A stretch of 47,568 nucleotides of DNA from the NCBI GenBank assembly GCA_003427395.1, contig BFEA01000027.1, forward strand, positions 461,111-508,678, given 5' to 3'. Both the position numbers and the translations under genes were made by a program. Shown piece by piece: positions 24,536 to 34,575 of the stretch. The notes below the pieces were generated by a model. That model was not told the origin of the DNA. It saw only the letters and a list, made by a program, of their open reading frames with translations, and ran no database searches. This DNA is from Chara braunii (taxonomy: Eukaryota > Plantae > Charophyceae). The stretch's first letter is position 1; each line of letters starts with the position of its first letter.

Positions 24536-26340
24536 CTGGTCAAGGCAGGCAGGCCACAAAGCGTTCATATTTTCGTCAGCACATGAACGACGAACATGGA
24601 CCAAAAAAGACAAAGCAGCTATACGCCCTTACGCGCAGGCAAACGGATGTACAACATTTAAACTGCGAAAACAGGAGACAATTCTCACGTTTCAAACAGA
24701 CGGTTGAAACGAGTAAATACGAGAAACTAAGGTGGGGGGCAATTCCCGTGCAACAGGCGTTGCCCTACAAAAACGAGACCCTTAGAGATAAATAATAGTG
24801 ACCTATGTCAACATTCACATCCTCAGAACAGCAAAAGTTTTTCAAGTTCATACCTCAAGTACGTGGAAAGCCGCGGGTTCACGTCCTCAGAACAGCAACA
24901 ATTTAAAGTACATTTCAAAGAGTATTATTAACGAGATCCTTCCGAGGGTGTTGAAAGTGATAACACAACTTCCAACTGCAGAATTCATTCGTAGCAGTAT
25001 CTGCATTTTGGTTGTGTCATCGCTTTCCCCGATCTTTACTGCTGGGAGCTTGAGCTAATTCCGTTGGCTTGTGTGTGCTGTGCCTCGGACAGGGACGAGG
25101 TAGGAGAGAGACTAGCAGAGATGGCATGCTTCAGGACGGAAATAAGGCAGGCTCTGGGAAGGGGGGTTGTAGGGCCAGGGACGAAAGTAGATTGTCCAGA
25201 GATCTGATAGGATTTTCCAACAATTTTGCGAGGCTCCGTAACAGCTTCTGTGAACTGTTACGCTTAGTGGGTAGTCCTGTAAAAAAAAACGAGTAATGGA
25301 AGTGTTCAGGCCCGTTCATAGGAGGGCACTAGACTACAGGCTGTGACGCGGAGCTGCAGGGTGAAATGATGCTCCTGCAAAAGAAGCAGGTAAGCCTAGC
25401 GTAAGCAGAGGGTGAGACGGCTACTGCTGGGTAGTCCCAGATCAGTAGGTACGGGAGGTGTGACAAGCCACATTACAGCGGATGTAGTGTGATGAGCGGT
25501 ACAATCCGGTTCATTCTTTAAGCGGGCATTTAGAGCACTTGGAGAAGAAGCTGAAAGGCGGGAGGGAAGCCATCCGTGATATCGGGTCATGGGAGGCAAG
25601 GTAATTTGTGGTAATGGGAGGTGGTAAGAGGTAGGCCCAGGTTGCGGAAGCTTCGGAGGTGAGGCAGTGGAGATGCATAGGCGGTAGGAGGAAGGACGCC
25701 AGCAGGAAGGCGACTTACTTCTGGCCAAGACAACTGTGTTGGTACCGGTTCTGCTAGGTCCTCAACTCCGACTAACGCTCGGGAGGAAGGCAACGGCAAA
25801 GCGCCCTTAAGTGGGTACCGACTGTGCAGGGTCTTCAACATAGAGCAATGCTATAACGATTAGCGATGGGGGAGGCAATGTAGACGTTGCTTTTTTCTTT
25901 GATCATCATTTCTACACCTGAGGTTCCGCCTTAGCTAGGACTGCCACCAAGTTAGAAGCGAGTTTATGACTGCAAGAAGGATTCTTTGTGCGCTGGCTGA
26001 AAGGGCAGGAATAATCGGAGACATTCTGCCACCTCCGTTCGCTGTTTGTTGATACTAAGACGGAGACATTGAGAGGATGAAATACCATTAGTCCAATCGT
26101 CGTGCACTCTTCTTTTTCTCATACTCTTCATTCTTCTTTCTGTTCTCCCAATTCTTCCTGGTGCCAATAGACTGGCATTATCTCTTTGGGTTTTCGCATT
26201 GGGAGTTGACAAAGGGTCATGACATTTATTTCGTGAAACATTCACTTACACGCGTGTTCATTGTGACACCATCGAATAAAGATTCAATAGACACACGACT
26301 TTGCATTCCAGAGGGTCAAGGTCGTGTGACTTCTACTCAC

Positions 26341-26387
26341 CTATTGCATTCTTTGCAGGTGAAGGCCTTCTTCGGTGTGGAAGCGTC
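26341..26387 (-). CDS. HDT: HD2-type histone deacetylase, exon 10
   Basis: tttcag|GAC...AAT AG|gtgagt = DASTPKKAFTCKECN(R); CxxC of the C2H2 finger. Confidence 0.9.
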
Positions 26388-27120
26388 CTGAAAACCAACA
26401 CAAAATGAAAAGTTCAGCACACAGATGGAACCTGTGTTTGACATCATTAAAAACAGATCCAAACATACAACTTTTTGCACTCGTATAAAGGAGGAAAGAC
26501 GGTTCGCACACAAGCACAAGCATTAATCGTTGAAAGCCTACTGTTTGAGAAGTACCAAAAGAACCACCACATCTGCATAACAAGCATTCTCCAACCACTT
26601 CCTCGTTGCCTGGCGACCAGCTGCTCCACGGAAAGGTCAAAACTTCTGCACTTGTCTCCGGATTGCTATAGGGAATACTAACTTGCACTTGCATAGAGAA
26701 CACGAACTAAGTACCAACTTCCACTCGCACTTGCTATTCTGTATACCAACCCGAAGACGAGCTCACACAGATACTTTCGTATATGGAATACGTGTGCTGT
26801 ACCACCCACTCACCCAGATACATTCGTACAAGGAATACGTGTGCTGTTCCACCCCCTCCGGATTTAACTACAATAAACAGGAAGATATCTGATTCCGAAA
26901 AAAAACGGCGAAATAGACATGCCATTGCATTGATATGAAAATACAATCGATCGTTCTATCCTCTCATAGACTGAACAACACATATTAAAGGATATTACAT
27001 TCGATTCAGTTCAAAGACGACTCAGTGCAATTCACATGCACGCTGTCTGTTGCCCCCCTTTTCCTTACTCGATTCCCCATGCTACCGTTGCAGTTTCATC
27101 GTTCCGCAGCGTTACATTAC

Positions 27121-27239
27121 CTTCCCACCAGCAGCCTTCGCAGCATCCTTTGCTGGCTTATCCTTTCCTGCGGGTTTTGCATCCTTGCCGTCAGATTTGT
27201 CCTTGCCTTCAGATTTGTCCTTCTTGCTTCCCTTGCCAT
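27121..27239 (-). CDS. HDT: HD2-type histone deacetylase, exon 9
   Basis: tgcag|AT...AAG|gtaatg = (D)GKGSKKDKSEGKDKSDGKDAKPAGKDKPAKDAAKAAGGK; phases consistent. Confidence 0.88.
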
Positions 27240-28049
27240 CTGCACACATACACGAGGAAGGGGTCAGTCTGCATAACATCATAGTTGGGAACAAGTGCAC
27301 GAATCGCATTATTCAGTATAGACTCGCAGCTGCTACTTGAAGCTAACTTTCAACGCTTCATTCACTCGCCCTCCAGGAGCATAGCCTTCGTGTCTTCTGC
27401 ATTCTCAATAGAAACGATCGGGACGTCTGAACCGCGGTACAGAAGGTCTAGGTCTCTGGTGTACGGTCCAGAGCGTCCGGATGCATCACCCAGACCCCGC
27501 CACCAACAAAAAAACACGACCTTCGGAAAAAAAGATAAAAAAATGAAAAAAGCGATTTATGCAGCATTGCAATACAAAATCTCGTTTGCCTAAACACCAT
27601 GTCGAAATTCGTTGCCAATCCGAGGGAACGACATAGAAACGTTTTTTTTACTCCTTATATAAAACGAGTCTGGCGCAGTTCAGACGCCAGACGCAGATCT
27701 GGCCTGACGTCCGCACCGACCCGGTGCCCGGATTCGGATTTGCCATTATATTCTCCGCTAACCATCGCAATCGTTGTGCTCGGGGTATAACAAAAGCCGA
27801 CGATCATGACTCAAGAGCGTTGGAACCCATGTACAGTTGCAGATAAAGCATCTTACACCCGACCGCGAAGCCGATCAAGAATCCACTGGCGAGGGACTGA
27901 ACACAACATTTTCGCGAGCGATAGAGATTCGGTGTGATTTCCTAGGAAATACACTTTTTTGGATCGAGACAGTGAATCGAGTTACCACACAGTGAATCGA
28001 GACAGTGAATCGAGCTACGACGCAAGGTCATCAACAGGCCATTGGGTAA

Positions 28050-28122
28050 GGAATGCTCAGACTTATTTGGATCTATCATTACTGTCAGGTTAACGAGATT
28101 TAAATCGACATCACTGCATTCC
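28050..28122 (-). ncRNA. Box C/D snoRNA, U79/snoR44-like (copy 1)
   Basis: Terminal stem GGAATGC/GCATTCC, box C GTGATGT, guide AATCTCGTTAA + D' CTGA, C' ATGATA, D CTGA. The guide is antisense to the conserved 25S GGAUUAACGAGAUU. Confidence 0.85.
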
Positions 28123-28261
28123 TTACAACCCGGCTAAATAACAATATTAGCTGGCCACATACGGACGTTTCCTCAAAGAACCTAAAAAAGCCTCGCTAAT
28201 AGCCTTGCCTGCTACATGAAATGATAATAATTTCCCCAAAACACTGAAAGAATCGCTCACA

Positions 28262-28332
28262 GAATGCTCAGACTTGTTTGCATTTATCATGATGGTCAGG
28301 TTAACGAGATGGAAATGAACATCACTGCATTC
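28262..28332 (-). ncRNA. Box C/D snoRNA, U79/snoR44-like (copy 2)
   Basis: Same boxes and stem; guide ATCTCGTTAAC-CTGA. Confidence 0.85.
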
Positions 28333-28380
28333 CAAACAAGAGGTCATCATAACACAAAATCTCTACAGGCCGCTGGGTAC

Positions 28381-28452
28381 GAATTTCGCAGACTAATCTG
28401 CATCTATCATTGCTGTCAGGTTAACGAAATTCGAAATCGGCATCACTACATT
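28381..28452 (-). pseudogene. Box C/D snoRNA, U79/snoR44-like (copy 3, degenerate)
   Basis: Box D mutated to CTGC, a guide substitution (ATTTCGTTAA) and a broken stem. Confidence 0.7.
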
Positions 28453-28569
28453 ACTTAGTCCAATAACCATATCACCTGTTACACAAGAAAATGTTTCCTA
28501 AGAACAGAAAAAAACATTATCTGCTACAAAGAAATTGGTTCCCCTAAAAACTGCTACAGAATCGATCAC

Positions 28570-28642
28570 GGAATGCTCAGACTTGTTTGGGTCACTCATG
28601 ACGATCAGGTTAACGAGATTTAAATGAACATCACTGCATTCC
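28570..28642 (-). ncRNA. Box C/D snoRNA, U79/snoR44-like (copy 4)
   Basis: GGAATGC stem, box C GTGATGT, AATCTCGTTAAC-CTGA, terminal CTGA. Confidence 0.85.
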
Positions 28643-29037
28643 AATCGCATCATTCTTGGAGTAGGGGTCTATGTCATTACCAGCCAGCAAAAGCAGACTT
28701 CTCTCATACATCTCATTCTACGCAAGCATAAACTGTCCCGTGGTCACTTGCACCAGCGAACCCGGAAAGATTCAGTTACCCTCCTCAGCGTCTGTTACTT
28801 ATCCATGCGCGCTAGAATTAAAATATCCCGATCGAAATCACTCGACTGCATCTCAGAGTGGATAGAACTGCTTGTAAGAAGACACATAACCACATGTAAT
28901 CTCTACGTCTTCACGCATAAACGACCTTCACTTGCTGGGCAGGCACTTGATTAGACGAGATCCCTCCAGGGGCATTAATAAAATATGTGACTGCTACAAC
29001 TCTTGATTAGACGTTCTCTGGCGCTCGACTGTTACAA

Positions 29038-29107
29038 TGCTCAGAACAACTACACGAGTTTTCGATCATGGAGTTCTGGATAGCGACGTTTTTATTCATC
29101 ATGGCAC
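29038..29107 (-). ncRNA. Box C/D snoRNA, snR38/snoR38Y-like (copy 1)
   Basis: Box C ATGATGA, guide AACGTCGCTAT + D' CAGA, C' ATGATC, D CTGA. The guide is antisense to 25S CAUAGCGACGUU. Confidence 0.88.
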
Positions 29108-29588
29108 AGTGTCAGCAACCGTTTACGTTTTCATTGTCCTGGAATTTCGCTAAGCCTTTTCCCAGACGATACAATACCTGGAACGCGAGGTAAAAAGGAT
29201 ACTTAAAACTAGCGATGATTGGATAGGCTAATCAAACTCGAAGATGGCCGATGTTCAACGAAATCTATTGAGATAGGTGTGATCTTTATTGTAAGAGGTG
29301 GGGAGCGCTCGATGAGCGAGGGTGGCCCAAAGATTGACCAACCCGAAGGGGACTCCGCATACTTGCAATGGGTAATCGCGAAGACTGCAACACTCAGGCT
29401 TGGGTGTTAAGTGCTCAGCAGGACTTCATGGATTGTTCACAATTGCATACTACAGCGAGACTTGTCCTCTCTAAAACGATTCTGGGATACCGAAGTCATA
29501 TCCCTCCGATTGCGTACCCAGTTCACTTTTCTGGCGTAGGGAAATCATATCCCTCCGATCGCTGGACAGGCGCCTGGATGTAGCTGAA

Positions 29589-29659
29589 GTGCTCAGCGAA
29601 TCTTCACGTGATTTCTATCATCACGTTCTGGATAGCGACGTTTTTAATCATCATGGCAC
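29589..29659 (-). ncRNA. Box C/D snoRNA, snR38/snoR38Y-like (copy 2)
   Basis: GTGC/GCAC stem; ATGATGA...AACGTCGCTATC-CAGA...CTGA. Confidence 0.88.
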
Positions 29660-29712
29660 ACCAGAGACAGCAATCCTTAAACCTAAAGCTACTTTCGCGC
29701 TACGATGCTACA

Positions 29713-29783
29713 GTGCTCAGCAGAATTTCATGAATTCTCGATCATTGAATTCTGTATAGCGACGTTTTGATTCATCATGGCAC
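29713..29783 (-). ncRNA. Box C/D snoRNA, snR38/snoR38Y-like (copy 3)
   Basis: GTGC/GCAC stem; ATGATGA...AACGTCGCTATA-CAGA...ATGATC...CTGA. Confidence 0.9.
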
Positions 29784-29856
29784 CATCGCATCAATGAAGT
29801 CCATTGAGAATGTGTTCTCTCCGATCGATGAGACAAGGTGCCTCGACGTAGCTGCA

Positions 29857-29927
29857 GTGCTCAGCGACACTTCACGAGTTTTCGATCATTCAGTTCTGGA
29901 TAGCGACGTCTTGATTCATCATAGCAC
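29857..29927 (-). ncRNA. Box C/D snoRNA, snR38/snoR38Y-like (copy 4)
   Basis: Same architecture; guide GACGTCGCTAT (G.U at the distal end). Confidence 0.88.
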
Positions 29928-29997
29928 CGCGACGTAAGATTTGCTATCCATCCTACTTCGTTGAAACCTACCGTTACGTTCGCGCTAGGATACTCCA

Positions 29998-30068
29998 GTG
30001 CTCAGCAAAATTTCATGAATTCTCGATCATTGAATTCTGTATAGCGACGTTTTTATTCATCATAGCAC
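29998..30068 (-). ncRNA. Box C/D snoRNA, snR38/snoR38Y-like (copy 5)
   Basis: Same architecture; nearly identical to copy 3. Confidence 0.9.
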
Positions 30069-30534
30069 CTTCGCATCAAAATATATTCAATTGCGAATGT
30101 TCTCGATGTTAAACATAAATCCAAAATTTTCGAACATCGCAACTAGGGGGAACAATAAAGAAAAGCACCGCAATTAGGGGGAACAATCAAGAAAAAAAAA
30201 AAAAAAAAAAAAAAAACAAGAGCGTACTTCTGTTTAGGCCCTTGGATTTTACAGTGCTCAGAAAAGCCAAGAGCGTACCTTTGTTTCGACCCTTCGAGTT
30301 TGCAATCAGCAAAACCTCACAACTTTTCGGTCACTCAATTCTTCATCATGACAGAGTGGCAGCATCTCTTATTTCGCTTATTTCCCCCAACTCCGACCAC
30401 AACCTCCCAACACCCACCCCCCTGCCCCCCCAATTGGCATATTCGTGTTGCAAGCTCCAGTTCTACTTCCGCTTCAGGAGCGCTAACCGATACAACACAC
30501 GGAATGAGAAATCCAATGATGACGATTGTCGTAC

Positions 30535-30631
30535 CTTTCTTGGGCGTCGGCGTTTCCTGGGCTACCTTGGCCTTCTTTTCAGCCTTCGGTGTTTCCACAG
30601 CAGGATTTGGCCTCTTCTTTCCAACAACAAC
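30535..30631 (-). CDS. HDT: HD2-type histone deacetylase, exon 8 (NLS-like)
   Basis: gcag|GTT...AAA G|gtacga = VVVGKKRPNPAVETPKAEKKAKVAQETPTPKK; the GKKRP...TP...KKAK pattern is typical of HD2. Confidence 0.9.
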
Positions 30632-31135
30632 CTGCCATCAGTTCAGTGAAACCGACAAATCCACATCACCAATCGAAATGAGTTTCTCGAATGGGAAAAC
30701 GAACAGCAAACGCAGGTCGGATCCATTTCGTTGTTCAAAACCATTGTCGATTTTCCACAGAATAGTCATCAGGCCAATGTTCTCACCGACAATTTAGAGG
30801 ATTTGCATCAATCAAACAATATTCATAAAAGAGAGAAGCAATCCTACAACCTCGCCATGCCCACCTCGACAAGCCTCTGCATGCACGCTAATCACAGATT
30901 TTCAGGTCCAGGGGAAACGTCTATCATCCAGAGTCCCAATAAGACATGTCTGCACTCAACATAAAGCCTTCAGTTCAGGACGACTGAAGGTATTCGAAAT
31001 TGCAGCAGTTTTTTCAAACGATAAATTACTAATCAACAGCATTCCCAAAACACAGGTACGGATCAACGGCAGCAAATCCTCAAACCTTCGAATTTAACAA
31101 ACTCCTAGAAATAAATCGGTGTTGAAAGAACTTAC

Positions 31136-31276
31136 TGGTTTGGCGAGCAATTCATCCATGTCCTCGCCTTCGTCCGATTCCTCCTCATCGTCATCATCCT
31201 CATCATCATCCTCGTCATCATCCTCATCCTCATCCTCATCATCCTCATCTTCAAACTCCTCCTCGTCCGAATCCTC
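31136..31276 (-). CDS. HDT: HD2-type histone deacetylase, exon 7 (acidic tract)
   Basis: acag|GAG...CCA|gtaagt = EDSDEEEFEDEDDEDE...EDMDELLAKP; 141 nt, phase 0. Confidence 0.92.
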
Positions 31277-31555
31277 CTGTCGCATTACATCACCACGTAA
31301 ACATGTAGAAACAAAAGCATGAGATTCCACAATCGCACAGCAAAACCACACACCGTGCTCACGGGAGGGTGCACAACCACTGATCGGCGCACAAAAACAT
31401 CAGCACCATTCTTCATAGCACATCGAACGTCATAGGCACCACTTACCGCTACAGGACCCGAAAAGGGAACAAGCACATCAAGGGCAGAACTGAGAGATCT
31501 CTTCCCGCATCTATCAACTTTCAACATAGTCATTCCATCTAGCTGACTTCCAATT

Positions 31556-31914
31556 GTGCGTATAAATGACCGGATATGTACATTCCAATCCACTAAAAAC
31601 ACCAGTCCCTCCACCATTGAGTTGAAAATACCCTACACTCCCAAAAAACCGGGAGCAGGGCCCGACGACGGCCGCCGATGATTTTCTAATCGGTGGCCAC
31701 CCTTTCGTTTCGCCCTCCTAAAATGTCGGAGCGCCACACGAGGACTCCCTATTTTTCCAAATGGGGGAGGTACTGTGTTTAAGCGTATTACGCCCACATC
31801 CCACTAGCCTCTATTGTTCATTTCTGAACATCGATATGAATAATTCAGAGTAGTGGGATCTGGCCCTTAACGGGAATATACATACCCTCATCTGAAGAGA
31901 ACGGTGAGGTTCAT
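31556..31914 (+). other. Highly structured insert, probably an organellar group II intron 5' end/domain I
   Basis: Starts with GTGCG. Long-range stem 31575-31586/31873-31884 encloses several hairpins. Most wobble pairs read as G.U on +. Confidence 0.4.
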
Positions 31915-32122
31915 CAACTACAAGAGTGCTCATCAACGTCCCGCTCACTCTCGTGTCAAGACCCATATACCCCAATTCCTACTTCGCAATTAATTAATAA
32001 ATATGTGAAGTCGTCACAACAACTATGGTCATTCCACGTAATTACTTTATCGAATTCGGACTCATGCATTAGAAGGCCGATCAATGACAATCATGCTTTG
32101 AGGCCGATCAATCACAACGGCA

Positions 32123-32205
32123 AAAGCGCTCATCAAGTGTTTAAGTCTGCATAGGAGAAACTTCCTTCAGGTTGAAGACCGAAAATATTTTAATCATCGC
32201 GCTTT
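32123..32205 (-). ncRNA. Box C/D snoRNA, unassigned family, 25S guide (copy 1)
   Basis: AAAGCGC/GCGCTTT stem, box C ATGATTA, guide TTCGGTCTTCAA + D' CTGA, C' ATGCAGA, D ATGA. Antisense to 25S UUGAAG(A/G)CCGAA. Confidence 0.7.
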
Positions 32206-32253
32206 GCATCATCCAAACGCACTAGTTTCGTACACTTTCCACCAACTCAGCTG

Positions 32254-32348
32254 GAGGCGCTCATCAATATTAGGGTAAGTCTGCACAGGAGAGGACGGAT
32301 TCCTCCCCTCGAGGTTGAAGACCGAAGAACATTTAATCATCGCGCTTT
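32254..32348 (-). ncRNA. Box C/D snoRNA, unassigned family, 25S guide (copy 2)
   Basis: Paralog of 32123-32205; guide CTTCGGTCTTCAA is conserved while the spacers diverge; D' reads CTCGA. Confidence 0.6.
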
Positions 32349-32879
32349 CCAACATTTGAACACACATCATTTGCTCTGCCACTGTCAACTCTACTGTGGA
32401 GACGAGTATCATTTGCCAATTCTCTATACACATCATTTTCGCATTCAAAAAGTCACCACAAGATTCACCGAAAACTCGCCATACCCGTAGGCCTCTGGCT
32501 CAAATTCCTTCTTTCGAGTGTTTCGCTATTGAACTCCTTTGGGAATTCGATATCCAACCCACCACACAATACGTGCCCTGAACGAAGGGTAAAAGACAAC
32601 CAAACTAAACCCTCGAACCCTATAATATGAACCAAACAAACAAGCCCTACATATATTGACCCTTTTCTGAACATAGACAATAACCCCCGAGTTTTCAGCG
32701 TTCTCACAGCTTTCACATTACGCTAGGGGGAGCACTAAGAAATCGCTTAACGCTCCATCGTCCACAGGCGAGACAATCTACATATGGCTCAACCTCGACG
32801 AAAGAAACTTAACGCTCCATCGTGTGAAAACAACGTTGGCCATAGGGGAGACCTAGCTACGCATGACGCCAACCGCATA

Positions 32880-32988
32880 AAAAAACTTTGTAATTGTGAA
32901 GTACCATTACGAGCTCAATATATACGAGTGTTATTTTGTGAGATTACCCGGATCTTAAATCATCTACTTGCATTAACCACCCATGCTA
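32880..32988 (+). pseudogene. nad7: NUMT: short, well-preserved mitochondrial nad7 fragment
   Basis: [35 protein letters not shown] matches nad7 [35 protein letters not shown](MDVG); AT-rich organellar codon style. Confidence 0.92.
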
Positions 32989-33201
32989 ACGCGCGCGGGT
33001 CAGAACGAGTCAAATAAGGGCGCGAAGGTACGAAAGAAGGAAAAGATTGGTGTTGCATGCACCCATCAGGAAACTGTTAAGTACACTGCGAGAACAGGGA
33101 TTTTTGAAAGGAGACTTTATACCCTGTCCCCCACAGAATTCAAACACGGCGCGCGTTTTACATAACCACAGCAGCAGTTCGCTAGACGATTACTAAGACA
33201 C

Positions 33202-33298
33202 CACATGAAACTTCACATGAAACTCGACATGAAACTCGACATGAAACTCGACATGAAACTTCACATGAAACTCGACATGAAACTTCACATGAAACTTC
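33202..33298. repeat. 12-bp tandem repeat x8
   Basis: CATGAAACT(TCA/CGA) units. Confidence 0.9.
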
Positions 33299-33687
33299 CC
33301 GAGTTCCGGATGAAAAGGGGAGTTATACATCTGATTGTCAAACGGGAGATCTTCCCTGAATCTTCCCTGACTGGGCAAGTGAACGTCCTGTTTCAAAACT
33401 CGAAACTTAGCGCTAACACATCACCACATTTCATTTGCACCGCACCCTTTGGATTGCGAAGGGCGAAATTTGTCACTTGATCAGACACCATTCACGTGCA
33501 TGCGACCAGATTTATCCTCCACCTCCGCTACAAGAAGTTGCATGCACGCGATTCGTTCGTAGGTGTTACCTTGTTCAAAGAGAACAACCACAGGCACATA
33601 GATACACATCGAAAAACGAGCGAAATCAATTGAACGTTCGGACTTGGAACACACGCTGGGATCGAGAGAATCAGAGCAAGAACTCAC

Positions 33688-33800
33688 ATCCATGTCGTCG
33701 TCGCTATCATCTTCCTCGTCAGAGTCTTTCATCGGCGAGGGCGCCGCTACCTTCGCAGCCTTCTTCGCATCCTTACCGGCTTCGGCTCCTGCTGCAGCAT
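33688..33800 (-). CDS. HDT: HD2-type histone deacetylase, exon 6
   Basis: gtag|AT...GAT|gtgagt = (D)AAAGAEAGKDAKKAAKVAAPSPMKDSDEEDDSDDDMD. Confidence 0.9.
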
Positions 33801-34437
33801 CTACATGCCCATTCAATTGTCACCCCACCCCGTTGCCACACATTCATTAACATTCAGACATGCACAAACAGACAATGAACACGGCATCTTAGTGCCGTAA
33901 CAATACCAGGTAAATGAAGACAGTTTTTTCGAATGCTCAGACACATCCACAAACAGATATTGATTCCGACTCCTGCTCGATTGCTCATAGACATGCACAA
34001 TCACACATTGCTTCAAACTCATAACGACGCATTCGTTCTCAAGGTAAATACGCAAACATAAAGCTCCTGCAATCGAAGTGAGAGATGTTCACATTCAGGA
34101 CGAATGTAGATCATCTACGAGGGAAGATACACGTATGCACAACATGCCTCATCGGAACGACGTTCCAGGGGAACATCAAAAGGGACCTCACACACAGATC
34201 CGTTCAGACATTCCATAGGTCATAAAACTAGCACGACCTCAGAAACGATAACAGTTCTGCAATTGTCAAGGAAATAACGCAGTTGCTCATTCCAAACTCC
34301 GCCCAACCTCATGCTTGAAAATGATCGGAGCAAGACGCGCTGTTTAAGAGCTCAGTCAAGAAATAAAGAGATATAAAGCACTCCGACCACGTTACGTAAT
34401 TAAACATTAGAGACCTTGAAGAGACGACTTCACTCAC

Positions 34438-34575
34438 CAGCTTTAGCAAGCTTTCCATTCTCCTTCGCTGCAGCTTTAACATCCGCAGCAGCCTTCGATT
34501 TGTCCTTGCCGTCCTTCGACTCCTTCACATCCTTCTTCTCCTCCTTTACTTTCCCAACTTGTTTGGCCTTCACTT
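34438..34575 (-). CDS. HDT: HD2-type histone deacetylase, exon 5
   Basis: acag|AA...GCT G|gtgagt = (E)VKAKQVGKVKEEKKDVKESKDGKDKSKAAADVKAAAKENGKLAKA. Confidence 0.9.

Noticed and set aside
25040-25850. Pro/Ser-rich minus-strand frames in the last HD2 intron as extra exons or a gag gene
   Set aside because: The HD2 zinc finger closes without them; the frames are broken and lack a diagnostic motif. Probably a TE relic but not supportable.
29038-30068. Repeat-spacer-repeat pattern resembling a CRISPR array
   Set aside because: The units are ~71 nt with C/D boxes and an rRNA guide, spacing is irregular, the context is a eukaryotic intron and there are no cas genes.
31841-31920. Minus-strand TTGATGA...CTGA that looks like an orphan C/D snoRNA
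   Set aside because: No rRNA or snRNA target recognised, and its putative guides are locked in helices of the larger plus-strand structure.
33205-33480. MKLH/MKLD repeat protein
   Set aside because: Translation of an intronic 12-bp tandem repeat, antisense to the host gene.
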